Below are positions 35,343-44,375 of a DNA stretch of 46,411 bases, piece by piece. The notes under the pieces are model-generated. The model did no database searches, was not told the origin of the DNA, and worked only from the letters and a program-made list of their open reading frames with translations. Source of the stretch: Planctomycetota bacterium (lineage in GTDB: Bacteria > Planctomycetota > UBA1135 > UBA2386). The DNA lies in assembly GCA_947501605.1 (NCBI GenBank), contig CANMWZ010000037.1, forward strand, positions 1 through 46,411, read 5' to 3'. The translations under genes were made by a program, and so were the position numbers. Position 1 is the first letter of the stretch, and every line of letters starts with the position of its first letter.

Positions 35343-38198
35343 TCAGCCGCCGAGGCGCACGTCGATCGCATTGGTCGAGACGAACCCCAGACCATTGGCG
35401 GTCGGATCGAGCACCACGCCTTGGTGATAGATGTGCAGCCCGCGTAGGGCCGCCGACGGCGGCACCTGGATGAGCAGTTGGAACCGCCCGTTGCCATCAG
35501 CCTGGCCGCCATGCATCTGTTCGATGTTGGTGAACACACTGCAGAGCGGAGCCCCCACCGGAGCCATGGAGAGCGGGAGCGGCAGGGTGTCGATGAACTG
35601 GTTCGAGGTGCCGATCGCGATGCCACAGAAGCCGAATGGCAGAGCATCCGCGATCGTCATCTCGTAGCTGCGGCCGAGGTCCCAGATTCCTGAGCTGTCG
35701 AGAATCGGCATCTTGGTCGTCGTCGACTCGCACAGCACTCGGATGGACCACTCGAATCGCCCAGTTGTGCGCGCGGTCCACACCCCAGCCTCGAAGCGGA
35801 AGTAAGCAACATCGGTCCCGCCGGAGGTCGCATCGAACACCGATGGGGCGACCGCTGGAGTGTCGAAGCCAACGTAGAACGTCTGACCTGCACTGAGGGC
35901 AACTGGATTCACGTTCGCAGTGCTCCACTTCGTCGTCGGGTCGAGACTCACGCTGCCGCTCGCCGCCACGATCGAAGGCACGCCGTTGCCATCGAGCAGA
36001 CGGACATGGGCGGGAAGGACCTGCGCCTGACCATTCGTGCTGTTGCCGTAGATCTCGAAGCCGACGACTTGCAAAGCCGTCGGCGCGACCATTTCGAGCG
36101 CGTAGACGGTGTTGGCGCGGAGCGCGACACTGCTCTTGCTCGCCGCATCATTGACCGAAGCACAGGCCACTGGCGCACCCGGCGTCGAGCCCGGGCAGCC
36201 GTTGCCGTAGGCGGTCGCGGTGCCCGGCAGCCCCAGCGCGACGAACGTGGCGCCGCGGACGACGAGGCCGAAATCGGCATCTACCGAAACTGTCGCAGCG
36301 TGCGTGTCGGTGACGACGAGGTCGGCAACCACGTCGATGCTCCACAGCCCGGCCTGCGGGTTCTGCACGAACACACATTCGACGGTGTCGATTGCGTCCG
36401 CTGCCCCACCGGTCTGCGACACGTTGCCAGCCCGAAGGCCCTGATTGCCCCAGTAGACCGCACCGTTGGGTGCGAGCACGCGCAGCGTCAGATCGTTGAC
36501 GCGCGAAAGGGCCGCGGAGGGATTGCCTGCCGGATCGGCAAACGTCATCGCCACCTTCAGGTCAGTACGTCCGGCCGGCACTTGCACGCGATAGCGGACC
36601 ACTTGGTCCTGTTGCAGTGGCCTCGTCTCGTCGACGACAAACATGAGTGCGCGGTCGTCGTACATCGCCTTGAGGCTCGGCTGGCCCCAGCCCTGGTGTT
36701 CACGGCGATTGTCGGTGCTCGCTGCGGTGAAGGCGTAGGGCGAAGCGCTCGCGATCTGCAGCGCCTTCAGCGTGGTGAAGTTCGGCCGGTTCTGGAAGCG
36801 CGTGCCGCCCGGGACGCGCACCGGACCAAACAGCCCATCGGTGAACATCTGGATCGCCAGAGCATTACTACCCGCGACGATCGGCGTCGCCCCGGATGTG
36901 CCGCCGAAATTGGTGTAACTGTCGCCGACGTCGTAGCCCGCACCACCAGTGCGATCCGAAGTGTGGATCGAGTCGTAGTACGAACAGAAATCGGGTTTGA
37001 GGCGGCCATCGGCCGCCGGACCAATACTGGCCCCGCCGCTCCACGAGTCGTCGGCTGGATTCGCGTTGTCGAAGTGACGCACACCGCCGACAGAGAACAC
37101 GTTCTTGGCCCAGGCCTGGGGCCGCGACTGTTGGTTGCCGTTGTTGCTCTGGCTCTGGGTCCACGCAATGCCGTGGTCGAAGACGATGTCGTCGGCATCG
37201 GCGGTGATCGAGGTGTATGACGCGCTCAGTCCGCTGCCCCACGATGCGGTCGTGAACATGACCTCATGCGTGTTGACCAAGGTCTCGACAACTTGCCAGC
37301 GCGATACCCCAATCGGAACGCAACTGTAGTTGGTGAAGAATGGCGTGATACTCGGCGCCATGCCGCGCGCCGCGATGCTGCTCGTACCGTTGCCAAAGAC
37401 AATCCCCGCCGTGGCGTGGCCGTGGTCGTCGGCCGTGTTGCAACTCAGGACCGCCAGCGGCTGCGTAGTGAAGTCCGGATGATCGAACTGGATGCCCTCG
37501 TAGATATGGCCGCGCACGCCTTGGCCGCTGTAACCACCGAGTGTCTCGATATGGTCGGCACCGAGTTGCACGCGGGCCTTGTCCATGTCGCGACCGGTCT
37601 CGGTGACGAGGTCGATCCAGAGCACTTGGTCGAGGCGCAGCGCTTGCAGCAGTTGCGCTCCGGTCAACTCGACCTCGAGCAGCAGGCTGCCTGGTTGCTC
37701 GTTCGTCACCCGCGCGCGCATTGCTTCGAACGCACGAATCAGCGCCGGTTTGTCGGTGCGCTTGTCGACGACGACGACATTGAAGAGGGCGGCGGGCGCC
37801 GCGAGGTCGAGACCGTCCTTGCTCAACAATGCCGGGTCGATGCGGAATGCCGGCTGGTAGGAACCGACCCAACGGACGCCGTCGATGGCGCGCACGTTCT
37901 TGGCCGTCACCGAGTCCATCCGCACGACGTGGGCGCGGTGCGGCAGGTAGCCCTTCACGGCACCGCCGCAGACGGCGATCTTCTGGCGCAGCTCCTCGGT
38001 CGGCTTGCCATGGAACTGCACGATCCAGAGCGACGGGCTCTGGCCGTCGCGCAACATCTCGGGCACGGAGGGGGCATCCAGCAGCGGATCGAAGGTGCCG
38101 AATCGCAACGCCAACTGGGTTTCGCTCTGGGCCGTGCCAGCCACGGCAAACAGTGCGGCGGCGAGAAGCAAGGAGGCGAATCGGGGGGTTCGGTGCAT
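35343..38198 (-). CDS. Secreted S8 (subtilisin-like) serine peptidase with a prodomain and C-terminal beta-sandwich domains
   Basis: Signal peptide; HGHATAG (His), SQSNNG (oxyanion Asn), GPAADGRLKPD, FGGTSGATP (Ser), QGWG, NDLTLRV, TVECVFV; Glu at the usual Asp position. Confidence 0.9.
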   Translation of the reverse strand: MHRTPRFASLLLAAALFAVAGTAQSETQLALRFGTFDPLLDAPSVPEMLRDGQSPSLWIVQFHGKPTEELRQKIAVCGGAVKGYLPHRAHVVRMDSVTAKNVRAIDGVRWVGSYQPAFRIDPALLSKDGLDLAAPAALFNVVVVDKRTDKPALIRAFEAMRARVTNEQPGSLLLEVELTGAQLLQALRLDQVLWIDLVTETGRDMDKARVQLGADHIETLGGYSGQGVRGHIYEGIQFDHPDFTTQPLAVLSCNTADDHGHATAGIVFGNGTSSIAARGMAPSITPFFTNYSCVPIGVSRWQVVETLVNTHEVMFTTASWGSGLSASYTSITADADDIVFDHGIAWTQSQSNNGNQQSRPQAWAKNVFSVGGVRHFDNANPADDSWSGGASIGPAADGRLKPDFCSYYDSIHTSDRTGGAGYDVGDSYTNFGGTSGATPIVAGSNALAIQMFTDGLFGPVRVPGGTRFQNRPNFTTLKALQIASASPYAFTAASTDNRREHQGWGQPSLKAMYDDRALMFVVDETRPLQQDQVVRYRVQVPAGRTDLKVAMTFADPAGNPSAALSRVNDLTLRVLAPNGAVYWGNQGLRAGNVSQTGGAADAIDTVECVFVQNPQAGLWSIDVVADLVVTDTHAATVSVDADFGLVVRGATFVALGLPGTATAYGNGCPGSTPGAPVACASVNDAASKSSVALRANTVYALEMVAPTALQVVGFEIYGNSTNGQAQVLPAHVRLLDGNGVPSIVAASGSVSLDPTTKWSTANVNPVALSAGQTFYVGFDTPAVAPSVFDATSGGTDVAYFRFEAGVWTARTTGRFEWSIRVLCESTTTKMPILDSSGIWDLGRSYEMTIADALPFGFCGIAIGTSNQFIDTLPLPLSMAPVGAPLCSVFTNIEQMHGGQADGNGRFQLLIQVPPSAALRGLHIYHQGVVLDPTANGLGFVSTNAIDVRLGG

Positions 38199-38472
38199 GA
38201 CGGGCGAGGGCCGCGCGGGCGGGATCGGAGGAGCAGTCGACGGTTGGCGAATGTCGTGCCGGACCCAGGAAGCGCGCCTGCATCCGGTTTCCGGGCACGA
38301 GGCGTGCGGCCTGTGGACGGGGCAATAGCGTCCACGCGACAGGCATCCTCCAGCCTAGCAGATATTACGGCGACTGCGGGCAGTGGACGTCATCGCGACA
38401 ATGCGCCGCCGCGCATAGATTGGCAGGGATTACCAAGCCCAATCAGCACAAGGGCGAAATCTGCCGAGCTCA

Positions 38473-38500
38473 TTGACAGAAGCGTGGCAACGTCTATACT
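38473..38500 (+). promoter_or_regulatory. Near-consensus sigma70 promoter
   Basis: TTGACA (38473-38478), 16-bp spacer, TATACT (38495-38500), in an AT-enriched divergent intergenic region about 100 bp before ATG 38603; GGAG RBS present. Confidence 0.65.
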
Positions 38501-38602
38501 CGCAAGCTCATTGCACATCTCACAGTGCCCGGCAGTTATACGCCGAGCACGCCGTGCAATGCGTTGCCAGACCAATCCATAGCCCCCTAAGGGAGTCTTC
38601 AT

Positions 38603-39898
38603 ATGCTCTGTTCTATCCCGCGGGCCCGTACGCTCGCCGCTGCAGTAACCTTGTGCGTCCTCGGCTCGTTCGCCTCCGCGCAAACTGCGGTCATGCTCGA
38701 TGGCCGTATCCTCACCCCAAAGGTCCCCGAATCGCCGTTCGCGACGGAAGGACCGATCTGGAACCTCGACCTCGCCAACCAGGGCATCGTCGTCACCGGC
38801 AAGAAGGTGACGATTCCCGCCACCGTCAACGGCCAGCCGCTATTGATCAGCGGTTCGTCGATCCTCGGCCAGGACGGCGAAGCGCTCACCGGTATCGGCG
38901 CCACGGACTTCTCGCGCCTCGTCGACACCAACGCCATCGGCACTGACCGCGATGTTGCGGTCGTCGGTACCAACCTCGGCCCGCGTCGCCTCGGCGCTGG
39001 ACGATCGATCTTCAGCACGTCGGAGGCTCGCCGCGCGACCGATAGTACGGACATGGTTCGCGATCCGCAGGCCCAAGCTGCGATCGAGCAGAACTACTTC
39101 CAGATCGTGCAGCAGTGCTACCAGGTCCATGCTGGCTCGCTGCCAGCGGACTTCCTCGACCGCGCCGGCATCCGCGGGACAGATCCCGTCGGTTGGACCT
39201 ACCCAGCCACCTCGGGCGGCACGCTGAAGTCGGCGGGCCACGTCTACGTTGATGCGCAAGGCAATGAGTTCTTCGTGCCCGATGTCGAGGTCGTGATCGA
39301 ACTCGCCGAGAACGTCGCCGGCGGCGTGGTGCGCTCGGTTGCTCGCGGCAACAGCTCGCGGCCCGACTCGTTCGTCATGGGCGACCTGCTCTTGGTGTTC
39401 AACCAGGACCCGCGCTTCGGCGCCGACGTGCTCGGTCTCGGCGAAGCCCCGATTCCGCGCAGCGAGTTCTTCAACCAAGTCGTCCCCGGCCAGACGGCCG
39501 TCGACGTGATCGGTCACATGGTCGGCGAGCACATCATGTTCGTGCAGGAACTGCTGACCGAGTTCACCGACCCTGCCGCGGGCATCCACATCACCGCGGA
39601 CCGATTCAGGATCCTCATCGGGTCGCGCGAGGCTCGCTGGCGCGGCACGGTCGACAAGCCGCAGGGCGTTCGCCTCGTCGCCGTCCTGATCGATACGCGC
39701 ACAGGTGGCCTGCAGGTGCGCCGCGAGTTCAACGTCGCGATGGCCATCGACCCGCTCACGGGTGCGGCCGGCTACGACGCGCGCCTGCGCAACATCGACC
39801 TGACGTTCTTGACGCACATCGAGATGCAGGCCCGCAACGCCACGACCGACGCGGTGGAAGCGAGCCGGCTGTTCGACATCCTCCCGTTCCGTCAGTGA
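38603..39898 (+). CDS. Secreted hypothetical protein
   Basis: 431 aa, signal peptide ending ASA-Q, strong GC3 bias, beta-rich; no recognised family. Confidence 0.75.
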   Translation: MLCSIPRARTLAAAVTLCVLGSFASAQTAVMLDGRILTPKVPESPFATEGPIWNLDLANQGIVVTGKKVTIPATVNGQPLLISGSSILGQDGEALTGIGATDFSRLVDTNAIGTDRDVAVVGTNLGPRRLGAGRSIFSTSEARRATDSTDMVRDPQAQAAIEQNYFQIVQQCYQVHAGSLPADFLDRAGIRGTDPVGWTYPATSGGTLKSAGHVYVDAQGNEFFVPDVEVVIELAENVAGGVVRSVARGNSSRPDSFVMGDLLLVFNQDPRFGADVLGLGEAPIPRSEFFNQVVPGQTAVDVIGHMVGEHIMFVQELLTEFTDPAAGIHITADRFRILIGSREARWRGTVDKPQGVRLVAVLIDTRTGGLQVRREFNVAMAIDPLTGAAGYDARLRNIDLTFLTHIEMQARNATTDAVEASRLFDILPFRQ

Positions 39899-39905
39899 CC
39901 GTAAC

Positions 39906-39936
39906 CGACCGCGGCGTCATCTCGGCGTCGCGGTCG
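39906..39936 (+). terminator. GC-rich stem-loop just downstream of the stop codon (terminator or mRNA stabiliser)
   Basis: CGACCGCGGCGTC-ATCTC-GGCGTCGCGGTCG, 13-bp stem with 2 G-U pairs; no U tract. Confidence 0.4.
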
Positions 39937-39962
39937 AAACGGTTCGCTTCCACGACGATCCC

Positions 39963-40355
39963 ATGACCAGCCTCGCCTGTGGCTCCCGTCGCCTGCGCGC
40001 GCTCCTGTGCCTGTCGGCGCTCACCACGGCTTGTCAGCCGCAGTGGCCGGAGCCGGGCCAGGACACGCCCGACGCGCTTCCTGCCACGCGCTGCGAGGAG
40101 CCGAAGCCTCCAGTTCCTGCGATAACACGCATCGAAGTGGTTGTCGCAGCGGACGAAGTTCCGGTGCAGGACGGCGCAATGGCTGCCGCCGACGACATTC
40201 TCGAACTCGACTACGACTTCTGGTTGAACGACGACGCGGCCCTGGTCACGCGGCCCCCGTTCGCCACCCCATCTCGTGCGCATGAACGGCTCGCAGCCCG
40301 AACGCGCATCCTTGAACCTGGCCGCACGCGCTTCGCCACGAAGTCGCCGCGGTAA
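39963..40355 (+). CDS. Putative small lipoprotein
   Basis: Basic n-region, hydrophobic core, LTTAC lipobox-like motif. Confidence 0.45.
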   Translation: MTSLACGSRRLRALLCLSALTTACQPQWPEPGQDTPDALPATRCEEPKPPVPAITRIEVVVAADEVPVQDGAMAAADDILELDYDFWLNDDAALVTRPPFATPSRAHERLAARTRILEPGRTRFATKSPR

Positions 40356-40414
40356 CCGTCATTCCGCGCGCGGCAGAACCAGAAACGCAGGTTTGCCGCA
40401 GCACGTCGAACGCC

Positions 40415-41755
40415 ATGAAGACCCCCGACAGGCCCGTCGATCTCACCGTCGATAGGGAGTCTCCTTTGGAACGTCACATGCAACGCCGCCCCGAGCTGGC
40501 GGCAGCGGTCGCCGCGGCCGCTGAATGCCTGCAACGCTCGCCGCAGTGGACACAGTGCGCGGCCTCCGTGCTACGACTGCTCGGCGAAGCCACCGGATCG
40601 GGGCGGGTCCACATCAAGCAGTTTCGTCGCGAAGCCGAAGGGGGTCTGTCCGCTTACCGCTGCGCCACCTGGGCCGCTCGTCCAGCCAAGGCACAGAGCG
40701 ACGACGACCGCAGCCAACCGTTCGACCTAGTAGCCGCTGGCTGTCAGCAGTGGCTCGACGTGCTGGCGCACGGTCTTGCAGTCGAGGCCGAGGACTCCCG
40801 CCTCGATCAGCGTGAGGTTCTGCGGTCGCGAGACATGCGGGCACTGCTCGCGCTGCCGCTGTTCGCAAACGGCCAGCTCTGGGGCATGCTCGCATTCGCG
40901 TCCGTGACCGAGTCCAGCCGTTTCAGCCGCGTCGAGATCGATGTCCTGCGCCCGCTGGCTGCAGCTCTGGGCGCCTCGATCGAGCGCAACGAACTGCATG
41001 CTCAAGTCGAGCGACTGCAGCGCACCGAAGCTCTCGGCCGGATGGCGGGTGCCATCGCCCACGACTTCAACAACCTGCTGACCGTGCTGTCGGGGGCCTT
41101 CGAGACCATGGCACTCGAGCCAGCCACGAAGGCAATGACGGAGCCGGATCGAGTCTCACTCACCAACACCGTGCAGCAGGCGATCGACCAGGGTGCTCGC
41201 CTCCTCAAGCGGTTGATGCAGCACGGACGGGTCACTGAAGATGCCCCGAGGGAACTGGACGTGGCCGCCCACCTTCGCGGCGCGGAGAGCCTGCTCTCAC
41301 AGGCTGTTGGGCGGTCGATCCGACTGCACATAGAGGTCGGTGCCGGAAGTCAGCACGTGTGCATCGACCCGCTGCAACTCGACCAAGTGCTGCTCAACCT
41401 CGCGCTCAATGCGCGCGACGCGATGCCACGAGGCGGCACGCTCGCGATCGAGATCACCAAGGCGGCTAGCAACGACGATGGACATACCGCAACTTGGACC
41501 GTGCTGCGCGTCCGCGACAACGGCCACGGGATGCCAGCACACGTCTGCGAACACATCTTCGATCCCTACTACACGACCAAGGGCAACCAACGCGGGACCG
41601 GCATCGGCTTGGCAACGGTCCGGGCGATCGTCGCGGCGGCAGGCGGCCACATCGCAGTCCGCAGCGCCGTCGGCGCGGGCACCGAGTTCTGCCTCTATCT
41701 GCCGGCGATCCGCCACTGGACGAAAGAAATGCACGAAGGTCGGGCGGCGTCGTAG
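40415..41755 (+). CDS. Cytoplasmic GAF-domain sensor histidine kinase (no receiver domain)
   Basis: GAF (LALPLFANGQLWGML); H box IAHDFNNLL; N box LNLALNARDAM; DNGHG; FDPYYTTK; GTGIGL. Confidence 0.9.
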   Translation: MKTPDRPVDLTVDRESPLERHMQRRPELAAAVAAAAECLQRSPQWTQCAASVLRLLGEATGSGRVHIKQFRREAEGGLSAYRCATWAARPAKAQSDDDRSQPFDLVAAGCQQWLDVLAHGLAVEAEDSRLDQREVLRSRDMRALLALPLFANGQLWGMLAFASVTESSRFSRVEIDVLRPLAAALGASIERNELHAQVERLQRTEALGRMAGAIAHDFNNLLTVLSGAFETMALEPATKAMTEPDRVSLTNTVQQAIDQGARLLKRLMQHGRVTEDAPRELDVAAHLRGAESLLSQAVGRSIRLHIEVGAGSQHVCIDPLQLDQVLLNLALNARDAMPRGGTLAIEITKAASNDDGHTATWTVLRVRDNGHGMPAHVCEHIFDPYYTTKGNQRGTGIGLATVRAIVAAAGGHIAVRSAVGAGTEFCLYLPAIRHWTKEMHEGRAAS

Positions 41756-41771
41756 CGGATCGGCGCGGAAG

Positions 41772-43244
41772 TCAGAACCGCCAAGTGGACTGCACGTAGC
41801 CGTAGCTTGCGTCTTGGGCGACGCCTGCAGAGGCGCTCTCCTGGAAGCTGCCCGCGAGCAACACGGCACCGCCAAGCTCGACATCAAAGCTCTTCGGGAT
41901 CAGCTCCCAGCGAACACGAGCTTCGATCTGCTCGCCGACATGGTTGCCGGAGTTGCCGCTCGCGTCACGCAGGCCGGCCGACGTCCACGAGTCGCGCGCC
42001 TCGGCGAGCCAGACACCGCGATAGGCAATCATGACGCTCACGCTCTTCGCCGGCTGCAGCAGCAGGCGCAGCTCGGGTGAGTTGAGGTTGGCACGCGCGA
42101 CCGCCCCCCAGATGCCCGTCGGCCCGTACTCGAATCGCCGCGCGCCGTAGAGCGTGTCGAACCGTTCGTTCGAGCCGTCGGTCGGATCCTGATCGCCGGT
42201 GGCGTAATCGTAGGCGACTTGCACGGCGGGGCTCAGCGGGGCGTCGAAGGAGTAGCCGAGCGAGGCGTGGGCGAAGCCGGCAAGGTGGTCAAGCGTCGGC
42301 GACGCAGCTTGCGTGTTGGCCTTCGACTCGCCTACTTGGCCAGCAAGCTCCACTTCGTAGAACCACTCGTTCCTGCGTGCGACCGGTTGGTTGTTGTTGG
42401 TGTTGTGGAAGAACCGCAGACCCGGCGTCAGTAGTTCGCGGCGCCGCGTCGAGACCCCGCGCTCGTCGAGGCCAAGCACGTAGAGCTCGAGCGTGGTGCG
42501 TTCCGCGGTCTTGGTCGACCAGTAGAGTCCAGCAAACTGGGTGTCGAGACTCTGCACGTCGAGATCCCACTCGTTGTCCTGCAACGATGCGAAATCCGCC
42601 GGCAACCGATCGACGGGCAACATCCAGAACACTCGCGCTGTGGACTCGCTGCCTTGCCACAGCCAGCCGACGCCGTTGAAGGCATTGATCGTGTTGCGGT
42701 ACGCATTGCGCGCCATCAGGCGACGACTGCCGAGGTCGATCGCCTCGCGGCCGGCGCGAAGGTGAGACTTGCCGCCGCCGAGTTCCGGGAGCCTCAGGTC
42801 GCCGTAGGCCTGCAACACGTCCGTCGTGTTGACCATCGTGGTGTCGACGAAGCTGGTGTCGTCGATGCCGTACTGGCGCGCATCCAGGATTTCGAGGGTG
42901 CCCGCAACGACGTCCCCGGTCGCGTCGAAGCGCAGCGACGTTCGCAACGCCAACACGTCCTCGTCCTCACCGTAGGGTATGGGCGTGCGGACCCGGAACT
43001 GCTCGTCGAGGGTCTCATAGCGCGTGCGTTGCTCGCCGCTGACGTGGAGCCAGGTCGGTGTGCCAACAGCCCTGGCGAGCTGCCACGGCGCCGGTTCCGT
43101 CTTTGGAGCGTCGGCTGGCTTCTGCTCCTGCGGAGTCGCGGTGGCAGGCACAAGGGCCGGTAGCGGCTGTTGGCAGGAGAGCGGCACGGACAAGACCACG
43201 ATGGCCGCGTTCCGAACGGCTGCGAGAGGACGAAGTGAAGTCAT
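41772..43244 (-). CDS. Alginate export (AlgE-like) family outer-membrane beta-barrel
   Basis: GEQRTRYE, VLQAY, GSRRLMARNAYRNTINAFNG, YDYATGD...FDTLYG, terminal WRF. Confidence 0.85.
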   Translation of the reverse strand: MTSLRPLAAVRNAAIVVLSVPLSCQQPLPALVPATATPQEQKPADAPKTEPAPWQLARAVGTPTWLHVSGEQRTRYETLDEQFRVRTPIPYGEDEDVLALRTSLRFDATGDVVAGTLEILDARQYGIDDTSFVDTTMVNTTDVLQAYGDLRLPELGGGKSHLRAGREAIDLGSRRLMARNAYRNTINAFNGVGWLWQGSESTARVFWMLPVDRLPADFASLQDNEWDLDVQSLDTQFAGLYWSTKTAERTTLELYVLGLDERGVSTRRRELLTPGLRFFHNTNNNQPVARRNEWFYEVELAGQVGESKANTQAASPTLDHLAGFAHASLGYSFDAPLSPAVQVAYDYATGDQDPTDGSNERFDTLYGARRFEYGPTGIWGAVARANLNSPELRLLLQPAKSVSVMIAYRGVWLAEARDSWTSAGLRDASGNSGNHVGEQIEARVRWELIPKSFDVELGGAVLLAGSFQESASAGVAQDASYGYVQSTWRF

Positions 43245-43808
43245 CGCGTGCGATCAATCAAATGCTGGACCAACTGGCGCCGCCACGGCGATAGCGGGCC
43301 TTGAATCCACCTCGCAAGAGGGCTGCGCTTGCGTGGCGGCGTCGCCAACACCACGAGGAGGTGACACTCCGTCACGGACCTGTGACAGCTGCATCGAACA
43401 CTGGTTGCCACCGTCGGCAGGCTTCGGCTCGACCGGCACGAGCTCCTCGCCTTCGCGATCGACGGGCATCGCACCGAACTCGACCGCCCGCTCTCCGGGT
43501 GGCGGGCCGCATCGTGATGTCGCAAGGTAGACAACGGGATTCCAGTCTGGCCTTCAGCGTACGCAAGGAAGCTCGCGAAGACCAACTGCTCGATGCCCTC
43601 CCAAGATTCGGTAATGCGCAGCGCTGCTGGGTCGAGCAAGACACGATCTTGTAGTCGCGAAACAGGAACTGCCGCGAATCGAGCTTCGCGGGCGCGAGCA
43701 ACGACGCCACCAAGGACGACGGGGCTACAGACAGCGCATGGGCAAACTCCTCTGCAAGACCCCGATCGCTCGAGCGCGAGCCCCTTGGTGACTGCGGGGC
43801 GATGGTCG

Positions 43809-44375
43809 TCAAGGCGTTAGCGCCGCGAACAACAGGAGCCCTGCCAGGCAACCAACCCCCAGCCAGAACAGGCCGACACGCCGTCGCTTCTGCAACTGCA
43901 GCCAGAGCACCAGTCCAGTCATCGCAACCAGCATCCAGAGCACGCCAGCGAGGTCGATGGCGATCCACCACAGGTCGCCGCCCTTGCCGGTGTGCAAATC
44001 TAGAAACAGCGCAAAGACTCCGCGCGACTCGATGTTCAGGTCGAACACGCCAGTTGTCTTGTCGATGCGAGCATCGCAGCGCTGACTGGGTCGCTCGAAG
44101 GTCACGCGGATCTCCGCGTCGCCGTCGTCGAAGTCGGTGACCGCACCGACTGCACCCTGCTGCCGCAGCGCTTCGACCACCTGGAGGCGGTCGCCAGCGA
44201 CAACTTCCGCGGCGATCGTACCGTGCTTCTCCGTTGCCTGCGCGAGGTCGAGTCCCCAGGCCTCGGCGTGCACGAGCAATACGCCCGTGAGGCCGAAGAA
44301 CAGCAATAGGACCAAGCTCGCGAGCGACAGGTGGATGTGGATGGTCCGCAGCACCTGCCAAAACGACGAACTCAT
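43809..44375 (-). CDS. PepSY-associated TM helix protein
   Basis: RTIHIHLS...LLFFGLTGVLLVH, LDLHTGKG, IDLAGVLW...TGLVLW; ATGA-coupled to the ApbE fusion. Confidence 0.82.
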   Translation of the reverse strand: MSSSFWQVLRTIHIHLSLASLVLLLFFGLTGVLLVHAEAWGLDLAQATEKHGTIAAEVVAGDRLQVVEALRQQGAVGAVTDFDDGDAEIRVTFERPSQRCDARIDKTTGVFDLNIESRGVFALFLDLHTGKGGDLWWIAIDLAGVLWMLVAMTGLVLWLQLQKRRRVGLFWLGVGCLAGLLLFAALTP

